A stretch of DNA of 62,030 nt, filler included, from Sluysia triapertura (lineage: Eukaryota): NCBI GenBank assembly GCA_046118255.1. It is 5 parts of 5 records of this genome, joined end to end, with 100 filler letters (N's around TTAATTAATTAA, not from the genome) between each part and the next. Parts side by side here need not be neighbours in the genome. Positions count along the whole stretch, not along the records: positions 39,319 to 50,439 come from JBJNIA010188587.1; positions 50,540 to 62,030 come from JBJNIA010184180.1; 3 more parts are not named here. One strand, written 5' to 3'. The notes under the pieces are model-generated. The model ran no database searches. It was given only the letters and a program-made list of their open reading frames with translations, and was not told the origin of the DNA. A program made the translations under genes and the position numbers. Of the stretch, positions 39,843-54,559 are shown one piece after another (within the stretch, counting starts at the first letter, position 1; every line of letters starts with the position of its first letter).

Positions 39843-42800
39843 TATTTGTATTTTAATTCACCTTTGTTGTAATTCTAGACTTTTATCTAAAATTTTTATA
39901 AGGTCATACAAACTCTTTATAAGGTTGCGATCCAATATCGGTAAACTTTGATATATGATGTCAGGAATTATCAAATTTATTGTAATCATGCTTATTCCAA
40001 AAATATAATTATAAAAAATAAAATCAAAATTTATACTTTTGTGGATTCACAAATGAATATGAAAGAAAATATTAATTGCATTAATAAGTGTAAATAACAA
40101 TTAAAGAAAATATAAAATATTCGAAAATTTATTAATAGAATTAAGGCTAAACTAATTGGTCATTCATTTATAACTTATAATATGGATTTTAACAATGTTA
40201 TATTGTATTCAATTTCATGAATAAAAGTACAAAATTTAATAATGATTCAATAAGCAAAACTAATTTTCGAAGTATGAAGATCCCATATAACACCTGGTCT
40301 TAAGGTATTGCAATTGTTTCACTCAGAAAACTAACTTACAAAATGAAATTTTGCTTCTAGTCAGCGATTTCCGAAAGACATATCTATAAGATATTAAGGT
40401 GAGAAAAATTCAGTTTTATGTTATAATAAATTCGACGGACTCTTCAGATGGTTTTTATTTCTTCTTTTTTAATATTGAGGGTTTCTTATACAATCTTTAT
40501 CAGATTTTACTCCTAATATTTAAAATCGTTAAAATGATGAGAAAATCTAGCTTAACTCCTTGTCTGGTTTTATAAAAGATAACTAGTTCTTATGAATAAC
40601 TAGTGTGGTGACCAGAATCATTACTCAAACTTTTAACCATTCATAATACAACTTCACAACCAAAAAACTTAAAAAATTTCAAAATTTTGTACAAAAATGA
40701 ATTTTCTATAAAACAAATGCAAGACTTCTTAATTCCTTACCACAACTCTTTCGCTCACTCTCACTTCTTTTATACCTTCTAAATTACACTTTTATAAACT
40801 CGTACTCGAGATGGGGAAGAAACAATCGACCGAAGATTATGGGAAGAGTTGGAAGACTGTGAATTTGAAGAGCCTGTTCTACCAAGAAGTTATGGAGATG
40901 CGTCAGATTCTGAAGTATGGAGAAATGATAGAAAATTTTATTACATTGATGTAGATAACAACTTTCACTTTGTTTTAGATTAAAAACACATGGCAACTCG
41001 TGCATAGATTTCATTATTATGAACACCTTTTAAGTGTCGTTGCGCAATCCTATTCATCCTTTTTTAATACTAACAATACCACTGTGCTACACTATCAACT
41101 GAAAACACAGCGAATATTAACATCGAATCTTCGCCTGTGATTGACATTGATTCTGATAAGTTACCAAATTCATTTACTTGTAGAGAATCGGAAATAGATC
41201 CATTTTTTCATATGATTTTATTTTATAAAACGTGTGTCTCGAAATGTGACAATTTATCAAATTTCTACCAATGAAAATCGTCGCTTCGAAAATGTTCTTA
41301 AAACTTAACTTAATCGATTTTTTGTTGATGTTTACAAGAAATCAAGATTTGCAGAAGACGAGTTCAAGAAAAACTTCAAGAATTTAAAGAAGCTTTGAAA
41401 TCGAATCAACATTATTAAATTTCATCATCTCAAAATCAATAACGAAAAACACAAAAGCAGATTTCCTATAACTAAAGGTATAGCAAGATTGTTGGCGAAT
41501 GATGAACATAAATTCGGCTTACGATCACCCCTCTTTTGATAAAAATGTGGATGAAATTAATGTATCTACTGTAAATGTAATTTTATGTTTTCCTACACAC
41601 AAAATGATAATGGTAAAATATTTGCAACAAACTTGGATTTCTGCCTTTTAACAAATACTATGATGATATTGCCTTGGCATTTAATGTTTTTTTTGTCATA
41701 TTAGTATTGTCAATGTGGTGGCCAACCCATTATTTTAAAATTTTATTTTAACATTATATAACAAAATCACACTTCAGAACATTTCATAATTTGTAATACC
41801 TTCAAACACTCTAAACATGAAATTTCATATCATCAAAATCATACCCAACATCGAAAATCATCAAAGAATTGCTTTAAAAAAATTAATTTAAAACATTGCA
41901 AACTCAATTTAACACATTTCACTTAAAATCACATTCTATAACATTTCACTATTGTTCTTCAAAACCTTTTTCATATTTTATTTTCTTCACATCTACTGAA
42001 ACCTTATTCTAACCTTTTCAAAACATTCCTAATACATAATCTAACCACATCGGAGTCACATTCATTTTCAGAATTAACAAAATACATGTAAAAAGTTCAT
42101 AAAAACATTTTATTTATAGTTCCATAGCAGTACAATCATAAGTACATTTGTTAACATTGTACAACTACTCTTAGAATGTAACAAGATTATTTATATATTT
42201 CAATTATTTCAGATCCTCTATAATAATTTTTTAATATCTTAGGACATTTTAATTCATAAGTTTACAACATTCGAACCGTAATTCCAGTTAAAAACTATCA
42301 ATTTACAATTTTAAGTTTATTCAGAACATTTCAATCCAGAATTTCAACATTCAAATCATATTTTCACTCAAACCATTGATTTACATCTTTAATTTTACTT
42401 AAAACATTTTTATTTAGTTATTTTTAAACTAAAGAAATAAATTTATGTCAAGAAAATATTTAAAATAAAAAGAAAGTTCATGTTTTAAGATAATAAAAAG
42501 TTTATGCTATTATCGTACAAATACATATAAACTAATTATTTTTGCCTGTTATCAGCCGACAGTTGAGTTGAATTGAACCAGCATGTCGTTTCAACTGTTG
42601 ACTGATGACAGTTGTCTGGTGTTGTTTTCCTATTTTTGTGATGTAGTAATTCTAACCAGTAATTCCAATCAATCACAGTTTTAGTCTAATGCTTATCATT
42701 TAAATGTGAACGTCCAATCAATGTTAATCTCTTTTTCTAGCAGGCAAGTGTGCACTCTCAATCATGCCTACAAATGTTTTCATAAATGAAAGTGTGTGCA

Positions 42801-44801
42801 CAATAATTATGTCATTGTATTGAATTTTTCCTTCACGTATAGACATTGTATTGGACTCTGTGTGTATTTGCTTAAAAAACAGACATCTAGCGAAATTAAA
42901 AATTTTAATCAAAATTTAGAATTAAAATTAATGTACCAGTGAACATCATTTTGATAATATTATTGGTGATCTGGTTGTGAAGAATTTTGTAGTAACAAAT
43001 AATAATAGTTTGTATATTAATGTGATCTTTTTAGTGAAAATTTACAAAAAAAACTCAGTTAATTAATAATCTCTTTAAAAAGTTTGTCAACATTTTCGTA
43101 AATTATTAAATATTAAATAATTAGTAGATGTCTGATGATATTGACATGAAACAGAAGAAGATTATGATTCTAAAGATGATTATAAAGCTAACGAACCTGA
43201 AATAGACACAAATGTTCAAAAACTAACAATGCTGGAATAAAGTTAAATAAAATTATCGATGAATTGGAGAATAAAGTTAATGTTTCTTTTATCATCGTTA
43301 AAATGTTATTTATATCATATAATTTATCATTAGATAAAATTTGTTTAGACATACCTAATAATGCTTACAACGTTTTGTTCAGAACTCGCGTTACCTAATT
43401 ATAGCAAATCTCTTTTTATATTCCGAAAAATACAAACTAATATATTATGTCTTACCTACCCGTCATATTTGAAGAAGATCTACAATACTTTGAAAGTATT
43501 GCCTATGAATAATATGGATAATTCAAAATAGTTGAAAAAGAATCAATTGCAACGACATGTCATTTCAAGTTTGATTTTCGCAAAGATGTGATTCGTCTAT
43601 TCGAAGCTTGTTGTGGAAAACCGTACTTGCTATGTTCAAATTATGCAGCATGTTTTATAGATTTTCATTACTACAATTAATTCGATAGAGAAAGAATGTG
43701 GCAATTTACTGAAGAAAAATTTAGAGATGACTGTTCGAATTACTGAACTTGGAGATTTTTATGTCGACACGGCTGCAGCAATTCCTAGTCGAATTTTGAT
43801 GATGCTACAACATGAGAATGTATTTAGACAAAGATTTTGTTGTATTCAACTTTTAGCATTAAATCAAGCAGATAGAGCGAAAAGTTGTCATCTTATTCGA
43901 GTTCTATCATCCGAATCAGGCGGTGGTGATAAAAACAATGATAAAAATAATTTTTTAAAGTCACAGGTAATGCACTTTGCAGAATCAAGAAATACACGAG
44001 ATGCAAAAATGTGTTTACAAATTTAAAATTTGATAAATCAAAAGCCGCTGATTTCCATCTATCTAGAATTGGTTCTAGTTCATCAAGTTTGAGTACATGT
44101 TCTCAAACGGTTCTTTGTCCATTTACAACAATCAATGATGAAAGGTGTATAAGATTTTGTTTAAGGTGTACATATTTACATTAAATCAATGAATTAGAAG
44201 ACATTGATGTCGACCCAACAGTCCGAGATGCTCACTACAATAGACTGCCCACTTAGTTGCAGATGTTAGTAATAAAGTTGACAAGACTACGATCAACTGT
44301 CCTACAATGCAACGTTCAGATACATATTCTACTAATAACGATGAAGTAATCATTAATTGTACTTCCTATGATATTTTAATTATGTATTTATATTTAGTGA
44401 AAAAAGATGATTCTAGAAAATTATAGCATATTCTGAAACTAACTAGGATGAACAATTCTAAATTAAATAGTATAAATAAATTTAAGTGTTTAATGTTGTT
44501 CCCTCTTAATATGTTGTACTTTAAAATAATTTTCTTTAGTAAAGTGAATAGTAATTGTAACATTATTCAACATCATAAAGTTATAATAGCAAATTTTGGT
44601 AACATAAATAAGTTATTAAAGATATTTATTGAATCTCATAAAGTACCAAACTTACTAAAAACACCAAAGTCAATTCATTAAAAGTCAATTTATCAAAAAA
44701 TTGAGAATATTAAACAAAGAAATGTTTTGGCAAATAAAGTGTTAAGCGCAAATAATGTAGTAAAAGATAAAATACGTAATTCACTAATATAAAAGGAAGT
44801 A

Positions 44802-45312
44802 TTGCGTGAAATAAAAAATGTTGAATTTTATCTAAAAAAGGTTCCAAAAGAAATTCCAGAAAATAATACAATAGGATTTTGTATATCCATGTTCGAGAAA
44901 TTGAAATGTATAAACAGATGGAAAATAAATCGTCATACTTTAGCTAAGTTTCGGTTAAGTGTAAAACGAAGTTATCGTCAAGTGTTTTATCATAACTGGT
45001 TTCATGCAGTAACTGTTAATCATTTTGTTTACGTAGAAATTGAGGCATTTCACTTGAAAAACTACTTAGAAGAAATAGAAATGATTTCTAAATTTGTAGC
45101 TGCCAATTTATCATGATCTAGATCGCAGAGGTACCAATAATTCTTTTCAGACAAAACTCATTCTGTATTGGCATCATTGTACAGCTCAGAAGGGTCGATG
45201 CTTGATCAACATCATTTTGCACAAAGTGTTTGTATTTTACAATCAGAAGACTGTAATATCTTTGAAAATTTAAGTAATTACGAATATTTAAAAATATTGT
45301 ATCTTCTGCGTA
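44802..45312 (+). pseudogene. Cyclic nucleotide phosphodiesterase catalytic fragment (PDE2-like), pseudogene
   Basis: VKRSYRQVFYHNWFHAVTV, then frameshifted HDLDRRGTNNSFQ...LASLYSSEGSMLDQHHFAQSVCIL...CNIFENLS. The YSSEGS insertion is PDE2-like. It is cut off at a mariner-like end near 45311. Confidence 0.85.
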
Positions 45313-48300
45313 CATTGGGTTGTCAGAAATAAAGTGACTGAAAGAATATTTATTTTATAAAAATTTACAAAATATTTATAAATACATTAATTAATTTAAT
45401 TAGAATTGTTTGAAAATCATTTTTAATCGATAACTTTTTTCATGATATTTGCATGGAGGTGGGTATCATACATAATAAAATACATAATAAAAAGACGGTG
45501 CGAAACACGTCAACGTAGATAACGTAAAAGCATTATTTTTAATTAATTTTTTTTATTATAAAGTTTAATTTCTACGTATTATAATGAGATATATAATAAA
45601 AATATATATCAAATTAAAGCTCATTAACAGATCATTCTAAATATATTATTGATATTAACGTGTTTCGTATTATATAAAAAGTTATTGAAAATTAGTTTTA
45701 TAATAGATTAGATTTTTATTCAATTTAAGTTAATCTGTTATTGTGCTGATAAGTATTAATATAACTACGATCTTAAATTTTAATTTTATCATGACCAAGA
45801 GTTTGTTTGCCACAAAACTCATTATCTTTGGATAATTGCTAGATAATATTAAGACAGAAATTCGACGGAAATTTATGTTCATATTTGATTAATAAAATTG
45901 GTCGGCAGAAAACCGACTCTAAGAAATAAGCATGTCCTGTCTACATGCACAATAATTAAGTTGAATTCCCGACTTTCTAACAATTATCCAAACACTATAT
46001 AAATAACCACATTTTTCTATAATTCACACAAAACAAAATAAAAGAAAATTATTATAACTTTTGCTGTAAGAAAGCTGATTCAATAAAGTAGTGGCACACA
46101 CTGATTGAATATTAAAATTCTTTAGAAATCGGACTAAATTTTATTAAAAGAGCCAACTTATTGGTGGTTATTGGATTCCTGAACTTTTATTATTTATTTA
46201 TTGTATTTTGTGTTGTGTATCCCCTGAGATTATATAACTATACAATCGAATTTTATTTTATTAATTGTCTTAAAAGACTGTGTTATATTGACTTAATTTG
46301 ATTTTTATTGTGATATAGTTGTAATATATTGAGATTGAGACTCATTCAGTTGTCCTTTAAAATTTAAAGAGTACTAAAAAAGATAAAAACACAATGGATT
46401 TAATTCATCATTTAGTAAAATTTAGAAAAGAAAGTATCAAAGATCGCACTTTACTTCTCTGTTGGTAATAATAATAATATTATTATTATTCAATAAATTT
46501 TAAAGTTTTACAATAAATAACGGCAACGTAAAAAGTTGCCTTTTTACAAATAATATAAAATACCGCATACGTTATTTTTATCACAATTTATTTTTTGGCA
46601 ATAAATGAAATTCAGTCTTATTATTGACTTTAATTACTCAAAAAGACGACTATTTACTACGACCTTTAGTTAATCTCGATGTCAATGAATTTGATATTAA
46701 ATCGAGTTTTAAAATAATATTAATATGATATTATTTTTCCAATTATACCATTACTAAATTTATAATTGTTGGTGAGTTAGAAATTAATGCAACTTGTAAT
46801 GCAGTGGTATGTAAAGATGGAAAAAAACATACATCAAAACTATTAACAAGTCTGTTCATAAAGTTGGTTCCGGTAACAAAGAATCGTATGATGGTCCATT
46901 TAATTTCACAAAATGGTTTACATCTGATGTTTCTAATTTTATGATGAAATTTCGCCAAGTGATAAAAGAGAATGTACGGTCTAACCTTTTACAACATTAT
47001 CTGGCTGCAGAAGATGACAACCATTTAGAGTTCCTGTAGGATCAGTTCAATTCTCTAGAAGTAAGCTTTCTTATTTATGTACCTTCTACTGTCTTTGGTG
47101 ATTACTTTCAATTCATTCTCAAATTTCGTAACATTTTAAATATAAGCGTTTTAGTGTTTTATTTTAAAACTTTGAAATTTAATTTATTTTAAAGGAAATT
47201 AAAATAAATGTTCACTTTTTAATTGATATTGACATGTATAACAATATCATTTTATAATTTTAAACTTAAATCAATATTATATAATAACTTTCAACCTAAA
47301 ACTAGTAATTTATGAATTCGACTGTACACAATGGTTTTCCTCAACTTTCTTTAATAGTGGTAAAATACCCTTACATGATAGCTCTACGTAATAAGGAACG
47401 GTGTCTTTGCTTGTTCTTTAATTCTAGAATTTCTTTCAATTCGATTCTAATTTTATTAAAAAGCACAAATAATAAACTCAAGTATGTATATTCATAGGTA
47501 TAATGTTGTAACTAAAAGGATTAGCCTAAACATACAAAGATTTTAAATGCTAATTTATTCCTAAAGTCAGGAAGAACCTCACGGTTAAAAAAATTTACAG
47601 AATCAGAAGTTCAAATCCGAGTTATTAGTTTCTCACTCTAGAAAGTAGTGAGATCGAACTATTGATTGATAATGTGGTCGTTATATTGATAATCACCACA
47701 ATAGGATGTAAATCAAATAATCGCGAGCTCGTAAGTTTTTAACCTTTGGTTTATTCAAAAATTTCTATTTATATTGCTTGGTGTCACACTTTATTAGTGT
47801 CTTGTATTGTCGCTTCATTGCTTCGACAAGATATATTATATTTTTTAATTATTATCTTTTTATTTTCTAAAATTTATAATAATTATTATTATTGTTATTA
47901 TTACTATAATAATAATTATTATTATTATTACTATTATTATTCAAAATTTTTTCTTTTTGTTACTATTTCTAAAATTTATTATTATATTATATTGTTATTG
48001 AGAATACCCAACAGTTGAAGAGAAAATGTTTACAGAAGATGTGGACTTTAAAAATGTAGGAAAAATAGACACAAATGATGGACAAAACATTGTAGATATT
48101 ACGAAGTAAGAATGGTAAAGATTAAGACACCTAGGATCATCATACCTTCGGGTTCCAAACCACTGAAAAAACCTGAGATGGGCTTGAAAGACATTTTAAT
48201 CGTCTTCGAAACCTTGTTAATATTTGAAATCTTGATAAGCATTTGAGATCTTTGAGTAACTATGTAAATTATTCAAAAATTTTGAAATATTTGAGATATT

Positions 48301-49920
48301 ATTGTTACTAATATTAATACGTTGACGCACTTTTTTTCTTCATCATTCATTAAAAACAAAAAATGTCGCTTATAGCCGCTCTTTTCGGCAACATGTTAAA
48401 GATAAATTGATAATTAACATAAGGAAGTTGAAAAAGAAACCAGAGTAGTGCAGGAGAAAGCATCTAGAAACCCACGGTTGCCTTATAAAGTAACAAACAA
48501 CTTGTAGAGGTTTCAGTATTTAATTTGCGCGGCGAGTTATAAATTACATTTGATATACTAATTAATTTTAAAACTTTATAAATTCGAATTTTTGGCGCTA
48601 ATTACAAGATGTTTATTTGAAATTTTGACATTAATTATTATATGATAGTGCTTAAAACCTTAATTTTAAAACTATTCAAAACCAAAATGAAGACATAAAA
48701 GTCTAATTTGATATATTGGCTAAAATTTAGAACTAAAAATATCTAAAATTTTGTTTCACATTCATATTTATATTACAAATAATTTTATAATAATACTTAC
48801 ATCTTAAGTAATTGTCAGACCGAGTTTCAGATATGGAACGAACAAGCAATCTTTCATTATGTACCAATCATCTATATTTCGAAACTTAAGTAACCAGGTA
48901 ATTACACGGTAATTGTAAGGCTTTATTGTCAAAAAGAATATTTGAATGTGGCTTTCTTGAACAATCAACAAAGATCTTATTTGAGCATTTCAGGAAATCG
49001 ATTGAATTTAAAGTGTCATATAATAAGTTCTTAAGGAACCAATCATCAATATTATTCAACATTTTGAAGTCTGTAATATCTTAAAAATATAAAATGAAAG
49101 ATTTATATAGTCAAGAAATAAATCGTGATACTAAACTATTTTCAGTTAATTTCAAAAAACCAGAAATATTTAAAGTGACACCTTTTGAATAATTTAGCAA
49201 ATTCAAATTACAACATGAACATTTTCTTTTGGTTCTGTAAAGAATCATATGAGTGCTAAGTGTACTATAAACTTTACAATGTATTTAAATTCGCTTATTT
49301 AAAATATCAGATTTATTGAGTGCATTATAAATTATACTTTATAAAAATTATAAAAATAAATTATAAATTATAAAAATACTTTAAGTTAAATTTTAAATTC
49401 TTAATGTCATCGCTAAATATTTCTGCTTCATGACATTAGTACTTAAGATCAGTGAATTTAAATAATAAATCAGTTTGAGAATCTTTAATCTTTTGGGTTA
49501 ATCTTTTTAATCTTTCTCATTTTCATTTTCATTTTCTTCTTTACTTTTCATTTTGCATTCAATGGTTTTTTATTTTTTCCCTTATTTATTTTCCTATATT
49601 CTCATTTATTTATTTCACCCACTTAATTATATGTCTGTGATTTATCATTGTGATTTAATATCTTTAATATGATTGTGATTTAATATCTTTCTTTGTTCTT
49701 TCTGACATATCAATTGTGTGCTTGTGGCCCCTTGTTCAACAATAATTATTAACATGTTCCTTATCACCAGTAGCAGCAGCACGAATATCAATTTCTTAAA
49801 TGGACAATCAGTATCAGTCTTATTACATTAACTACTTTGTATATAAATATGATCCATTTATTTATATTTATTGTACCATATTATTTGATTATGTACGTGC
49901 TTGTTGTTGTTGTAAAGAAA

Positions 49921-49957
49921 ATCTAACCGGGCCCAGGTTCGATTCCTGGTTAGTCCA
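49921..49957 (+). other. tRNA 3'-half-like fragment (T-arm/B-box)
   Basis: CCAGG-TTCGATT-CCTGG forms a T stem-loop with B-box GGTTCGATTCC. No D-arm or anticodon arm is visible upstream. Confidence 0.45.
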
Positions 49958-50439
49958 TATTATGAAGTCTAACAATAGGCTTTAAAAGCGTGCTGCCTTG
50001 ACAGAATAGCATTTGTTAATAATAAAAGCAACAGTATAATTCAAAATCATGACAATAATTTATAAATGCTTACATTATGGAATGTCCTTCATGTCTCTTG
50101 AAAATAATAAAGAAATTAGGAAACAAAAATGAATATCATTAATTACAATAATTTATACAGAATCCACTGTGGTAATAAGTTAGGTGATAGATGAGATACT
50201 GTGTTTCAAAAAATATACAAACAGCTACCAGAATCTGTTACATTACTTAAACATTACAAAATATTTAAGAAAAGGCAAAAGTTGTTTCTGTATCAGAAAT
50301 ATTATATTGAATGATTTATTTTAAGCGATTTTGAGGACATATTTTACAGCAAATATTAGCGCAATATAAGTTAATAATGATGTTATTATTATTATTACTA
50401 TTACTATTATTATTATTATTTTTACTATTATTATTATTA

Positions 50440-50539
50440 NNNNNNNNNNNNNNNNNNNNNNNNNNNNNNNNNNNNNNNNNNNNTTAATTAATTAANNNNN
50501 NNNNNNNNNNNNNNNNNNNNNNNNNNNNNNNNNNNNNNN
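50440..50539. other. Artificial contig linker
   Basis: N44-TTAATTAATTAA-N44. Confidence 0.95.
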
Positions 50540-50613
50540 ATTCTGGGGGGTAAAATTACCCCCCAGGTTGACTAAAACGTCACAATTACATTCGGTTGAC
50601 GGACAAAGGTTAA
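50540..50613. mobile_element. piggyBac-like terminus
   Basis: Ends GGACAAAGG-TTAA, with subterminal palindrome CTGGGGGGTAAAATTACCCCCCAG. Truncated by the contig edge. Confidence 0.6.
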
Positions 50614-50782
50614 TAATTAAAACACTAATAAACTATGACTTAATTATAGTTTAAATTTTAGCACACTTTTAATTACTATATCGCCTTTAGTTAAATGAAT
50701 TTTGTTTCAAAATTAAATATATCATTATATTATATTAAGACTTCCATCATTATATTTATATTGTTTTAATATTTACCGTGTA

Positions 50783-51373
50783 ATGGCGCGTTGATTTAAA
50801 CTTAGTGAATATGGAAAAGGAAATATTGATGCATATTCCGAAAAAATGGGAAAGTAATGCAAGTATTGCCAAAAACTTAAACAGATCAAGATATGCGATA
50901 TCCACTTATTTGGATAATAGTTATAAAAACCAATGGAAACAAATGGGCCGTGCTAAGGATCAGCTGTGGCATCATTTGCCATAATTTATGATAAAAAGCT
51001 AGCTTTACCATCAAATCTTAATGGTAATAAGTACCATGATTTGATAAAAGAAGTAGTAGTTCCATATGTCAAACTTCTAGAAAATATTAATGTAATCTTT
51101 CGGCAGGATCACGCTCTTTCTCAGCGATATAAAATTACACTTATAAGTTCAGTGAAGATGAATTTAAAATGTTAGAGTGGCCACCAAGATCCTCCGACCT
51201 CATTCCAATTATCCTTTAAGGCAAACAGTATAACAATGTATCTGAGTAAAAAAAATGCAATATTGGATGCGTGTGAAATATTGAAATAAAAAAATGTAAA
51301 TATATTGATTAATTCGATGACAAAAGGGTGCGTAGAGGTATTGAAAAATTCAGGAACATCAATAAAATACTAA
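50783..51373 (+). mobile_element. Tc1/Tc3-like transposase remnant
   Basis: MAR*FKLSEYGKGNIDAY...SNASIAKNLNRSRYAISTYL (Tc3-like HTH), IFRQDHA (FQQDNA) and LEWPPRSSDLIPI (WPxxSPDLNPIE). Internally deleted, with frameshifts. Confidence 0.82.
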
Positions 51374-54300
51374 TTATGTACAATACGTTGCATTGTATCT
51401 TAAATAAAAAGTTTATATATTCGATGAAGGTAAAGTTTGACGGAGTTCATGAATGAAATGTTGAATGTTTTATAATTAGAATGATGAAAAGATAATGAAC
51501 AGAATATGAGATCGTTACTATGAAAGAGGAGAATCCAGAGCTAAGTTTGAAATGTTTGTAAAGTTATTTGTTTCAGAATAAGAATCTTAAACATTTTTCA
51601 TTAGAAAATTGTGTAAGAAAAGGTGAAGATCAATTTAATTCTAAAAGTTAAAGTTAAATTTGCTATTTTTATGTACGTTAAAAATACTAATGATTGTTAA
51701 TATGAGAAGTAGTGAAGATCCATGTACTGGGTTGAATTTTGAATTTATTTTATTATTTTGATTCTTGGTTGTTCATTAATTTGTCGTGGTTAGTTGAGCC
51801 TTGAGGCTTTATTGATATTTGGGTACTAATATTTATATATGTTGTGTTATCCCTGGGTTTAAGTATTATATTTTGGTAATTTTTATTTATTTATTTATTA
51901 AATCATCGCTGAGTAAATGTTGAGTGTATAATTGATTCTGATACAATGATAAAGTTAAATATATTCATATATGAATTTGTTGATTTAAAATAAGTACATA
52001 ACATTTAGTTCCAATTCCTGTTTGATGGTACCAGTGGGATACCTAAAATCAAAGTTCATTATTTATTGAAATGTTTAAAGGAAATGTTAGTTAATTAGAC
52101 TGGTTATTTGTGTTTTAATGATTAAAAAGGGTCACTTGATTTTTATTAATTGGTGATATTATTGTATCAGTCGATATATCAGAACATAATTATAAAATTT
52201 GTAATAATAATTAATCTATTGTGATTAACAATAGTATATTCGAAGCTGATATTCATTTATTTTCTTGTGATTCCTGGGATTTGTTAACTAAGATTTTGGA
52301 TAGCCAATGTACAACCCATAAGTTTGTGGTGGCTCACTTCATAATGTACATTTTTTTATTGTGCAATACCATATAATCACATGACAACTCATAAAATATC
52401 TAGAAAAATTATTAATCGTAATCAATTTAAATAAAAATTCAATTCATTAAATTCACTTTACAAGAGCACATTACATCTAATAGAACATTTATGAAAACAT
52501 ATGAAGATTATGTATTATGTTTATGAACTTTATTTATTATTGCGTAAAATTTTTGATGGACGAAACTTATAATTATTCACTTTTAAATTATTCGTAATAG
52601 AACTTTTTATTCCTAATGAAACATTTATTTTAATTCTCTTATAGCTACTCAAGCTAAACTTTATGACCTTAATTTATTCATAAATAGTCTTTATCTGAAA
52701 ACCAGAGTTCTACTCATCACTGATGTAAGAGATAAAAATGCTAATGGAATTTTAAATTTTCTTTCAATTTATGTAAGTTAATGATTGAAACTGCATTTAA
52801 TATATTTTACTTTTATCCAATAATTAAATTTAATTGGGTTATTTTTAAAAGAATTAATTTAATTTGATTTAGGATATTATGTTGTGTAACCCCTGTGATT
52901 TTTAAAAAATTAGACAATAATTTATTAAAGAATTATATTTAAAGAATTAAAAAGTTTGATCTATAGAACTATAATTGTGATATAAAGAAGTTGATTTATA
53001 GAATTATATTTGTCATATAGAGATTTGATTTGTATAACTATTATATAAAAAATATATCGAGATTTAGTTTTATTTGATTTTTAGTTATTAAAGAGGGAGA
53101 TTAATAAACGAAGAAGCACAACAAATCACACAGCCGTTTATTCATTGTTGACGATTACTTAGATTCTATTTCGTGTCAGAGATGACGGGATTATGTAATA
53201 TTAAACAATTTGACTCTAACTAAGTTTATCTGCAACATCTCATCAGTTAGCTGTGTATTTTTGTAGAGTCAGGAGAAGTTCTATCAATAAATTATTAATT
53301 GGGGAAATAAACATAACAAATTAATAAATAAAATAGAATATTTTTATAAAACAATTTATTTGTAGCCCTTTTTTCAAAGTTTTTACACTTGTATACATTT
53401 GCGTGTAAAAGGTTTAGACCATAAAATGTTTGGAAGTTGTACTTTATAATATATATTGAAAGTATATTACAAACATCGAACAATATAAAAATCAATATAT
53501 AATTATAATTATACAAAATTAAATGGAAATTTATTAATTATAATTATTCTAGCACAAAAAGTTTAGTATCCCAGACACTTATGTTCATTTTTGTACACAT
53601 CTTGATGAAATAATCCTTTTATTTGATAATTATTTTTATTTATTTCTAAGACTACGAAATCATTATCTAGTTCATGTGCTACTAATATTTTTCTTTCAGT
53701 AACAATCCGATATACAAGTAATGAATGCTTGTTCATTTATTTGATTAATTAAATCCTTTTCAATAAAATGCGTAATTCTTGTAATATAATCTGTTACATA
53801 GTTTCGTAGCTTTAGTGACAAATATTTCTTTTTCTATATATTCTAATGTTGCTGCACTTACTAATCCTAACTTTTTATATTTTACTTGAACAAATTCAGC
53901 GTCAAAAATACGAACCGATCTTTAATTTAATTTAATTGTTTCTAAATATACACTAAATAGTTTATTAGTGAATGCAAAAGATAATTATTTATGGCAAAAT
54001 TTGATGTTGTTTTATAATGTAGCTTCTTTATTTCATTTTTTACTGAATAAATTTGAATATCCATCCTAAGGCAGTAATTAGGAAGATCATTAATCAAAAT
54101 CAATGTTCTATTTCTATTATTGAATTTTAATATGTTTGATATTTTACTTATATTTTCAAACTCGAAAACTTTAGACTCAGATGCTGTGCTTATTCTTGAA
54201 AACTTAATAGCAAAATAAATTTGTCTTTTTCTAGTGGGTCCGCTTGTAGTATACGGCTTATGGAGGCGCACCTACAAGAACAATGAGTAACTAAAGAAAT

Positions 54301-54559
54301 ATAAACCGATTTCGCTTTCACTCCTAAAATATATTTAGTTTGAGGGTCTATAGATATAAATATTTTATTTTCAAACAATTTATTAACACTCACAATTACT
54401 ATGAAGGTTTATTTATCAAATATGTTTAATACAAATATTGTAACACAAAACTTAACTAAAAATTGTCACTATAAAAATCACATTTCATTAAACATATATA
54501 ACGATATAATAATGATATTGATAAAGATGTTATCTATAATGTTTTATATGGTACGAGTT

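Noticed and set aside
47746-48018. Hydrophobic Tyr/Asn-rich ORFs (also 8453-8635, 54942-55559, 23806-24006)
   Set aside because: They are explained by TAT/AAT low-complexity DNA or by off-frame or antisense reading of gag remnants.
49921-49957. Complete tRNA gene
   Set aside because: Only a T-arm is present. No acceptor 5' strand, D-arm or anticodon arm can be folded.
53540-54393. Decayed coding-like tracts (also 6960-7620, 12560-13490, 27870-29700, 40800-41700, 46600-47110, 48800-49270)
   Set aside because: They look like old pseudogenes or TE interiors, but I could not recognise any diagnostic motif, so no product is assigned.
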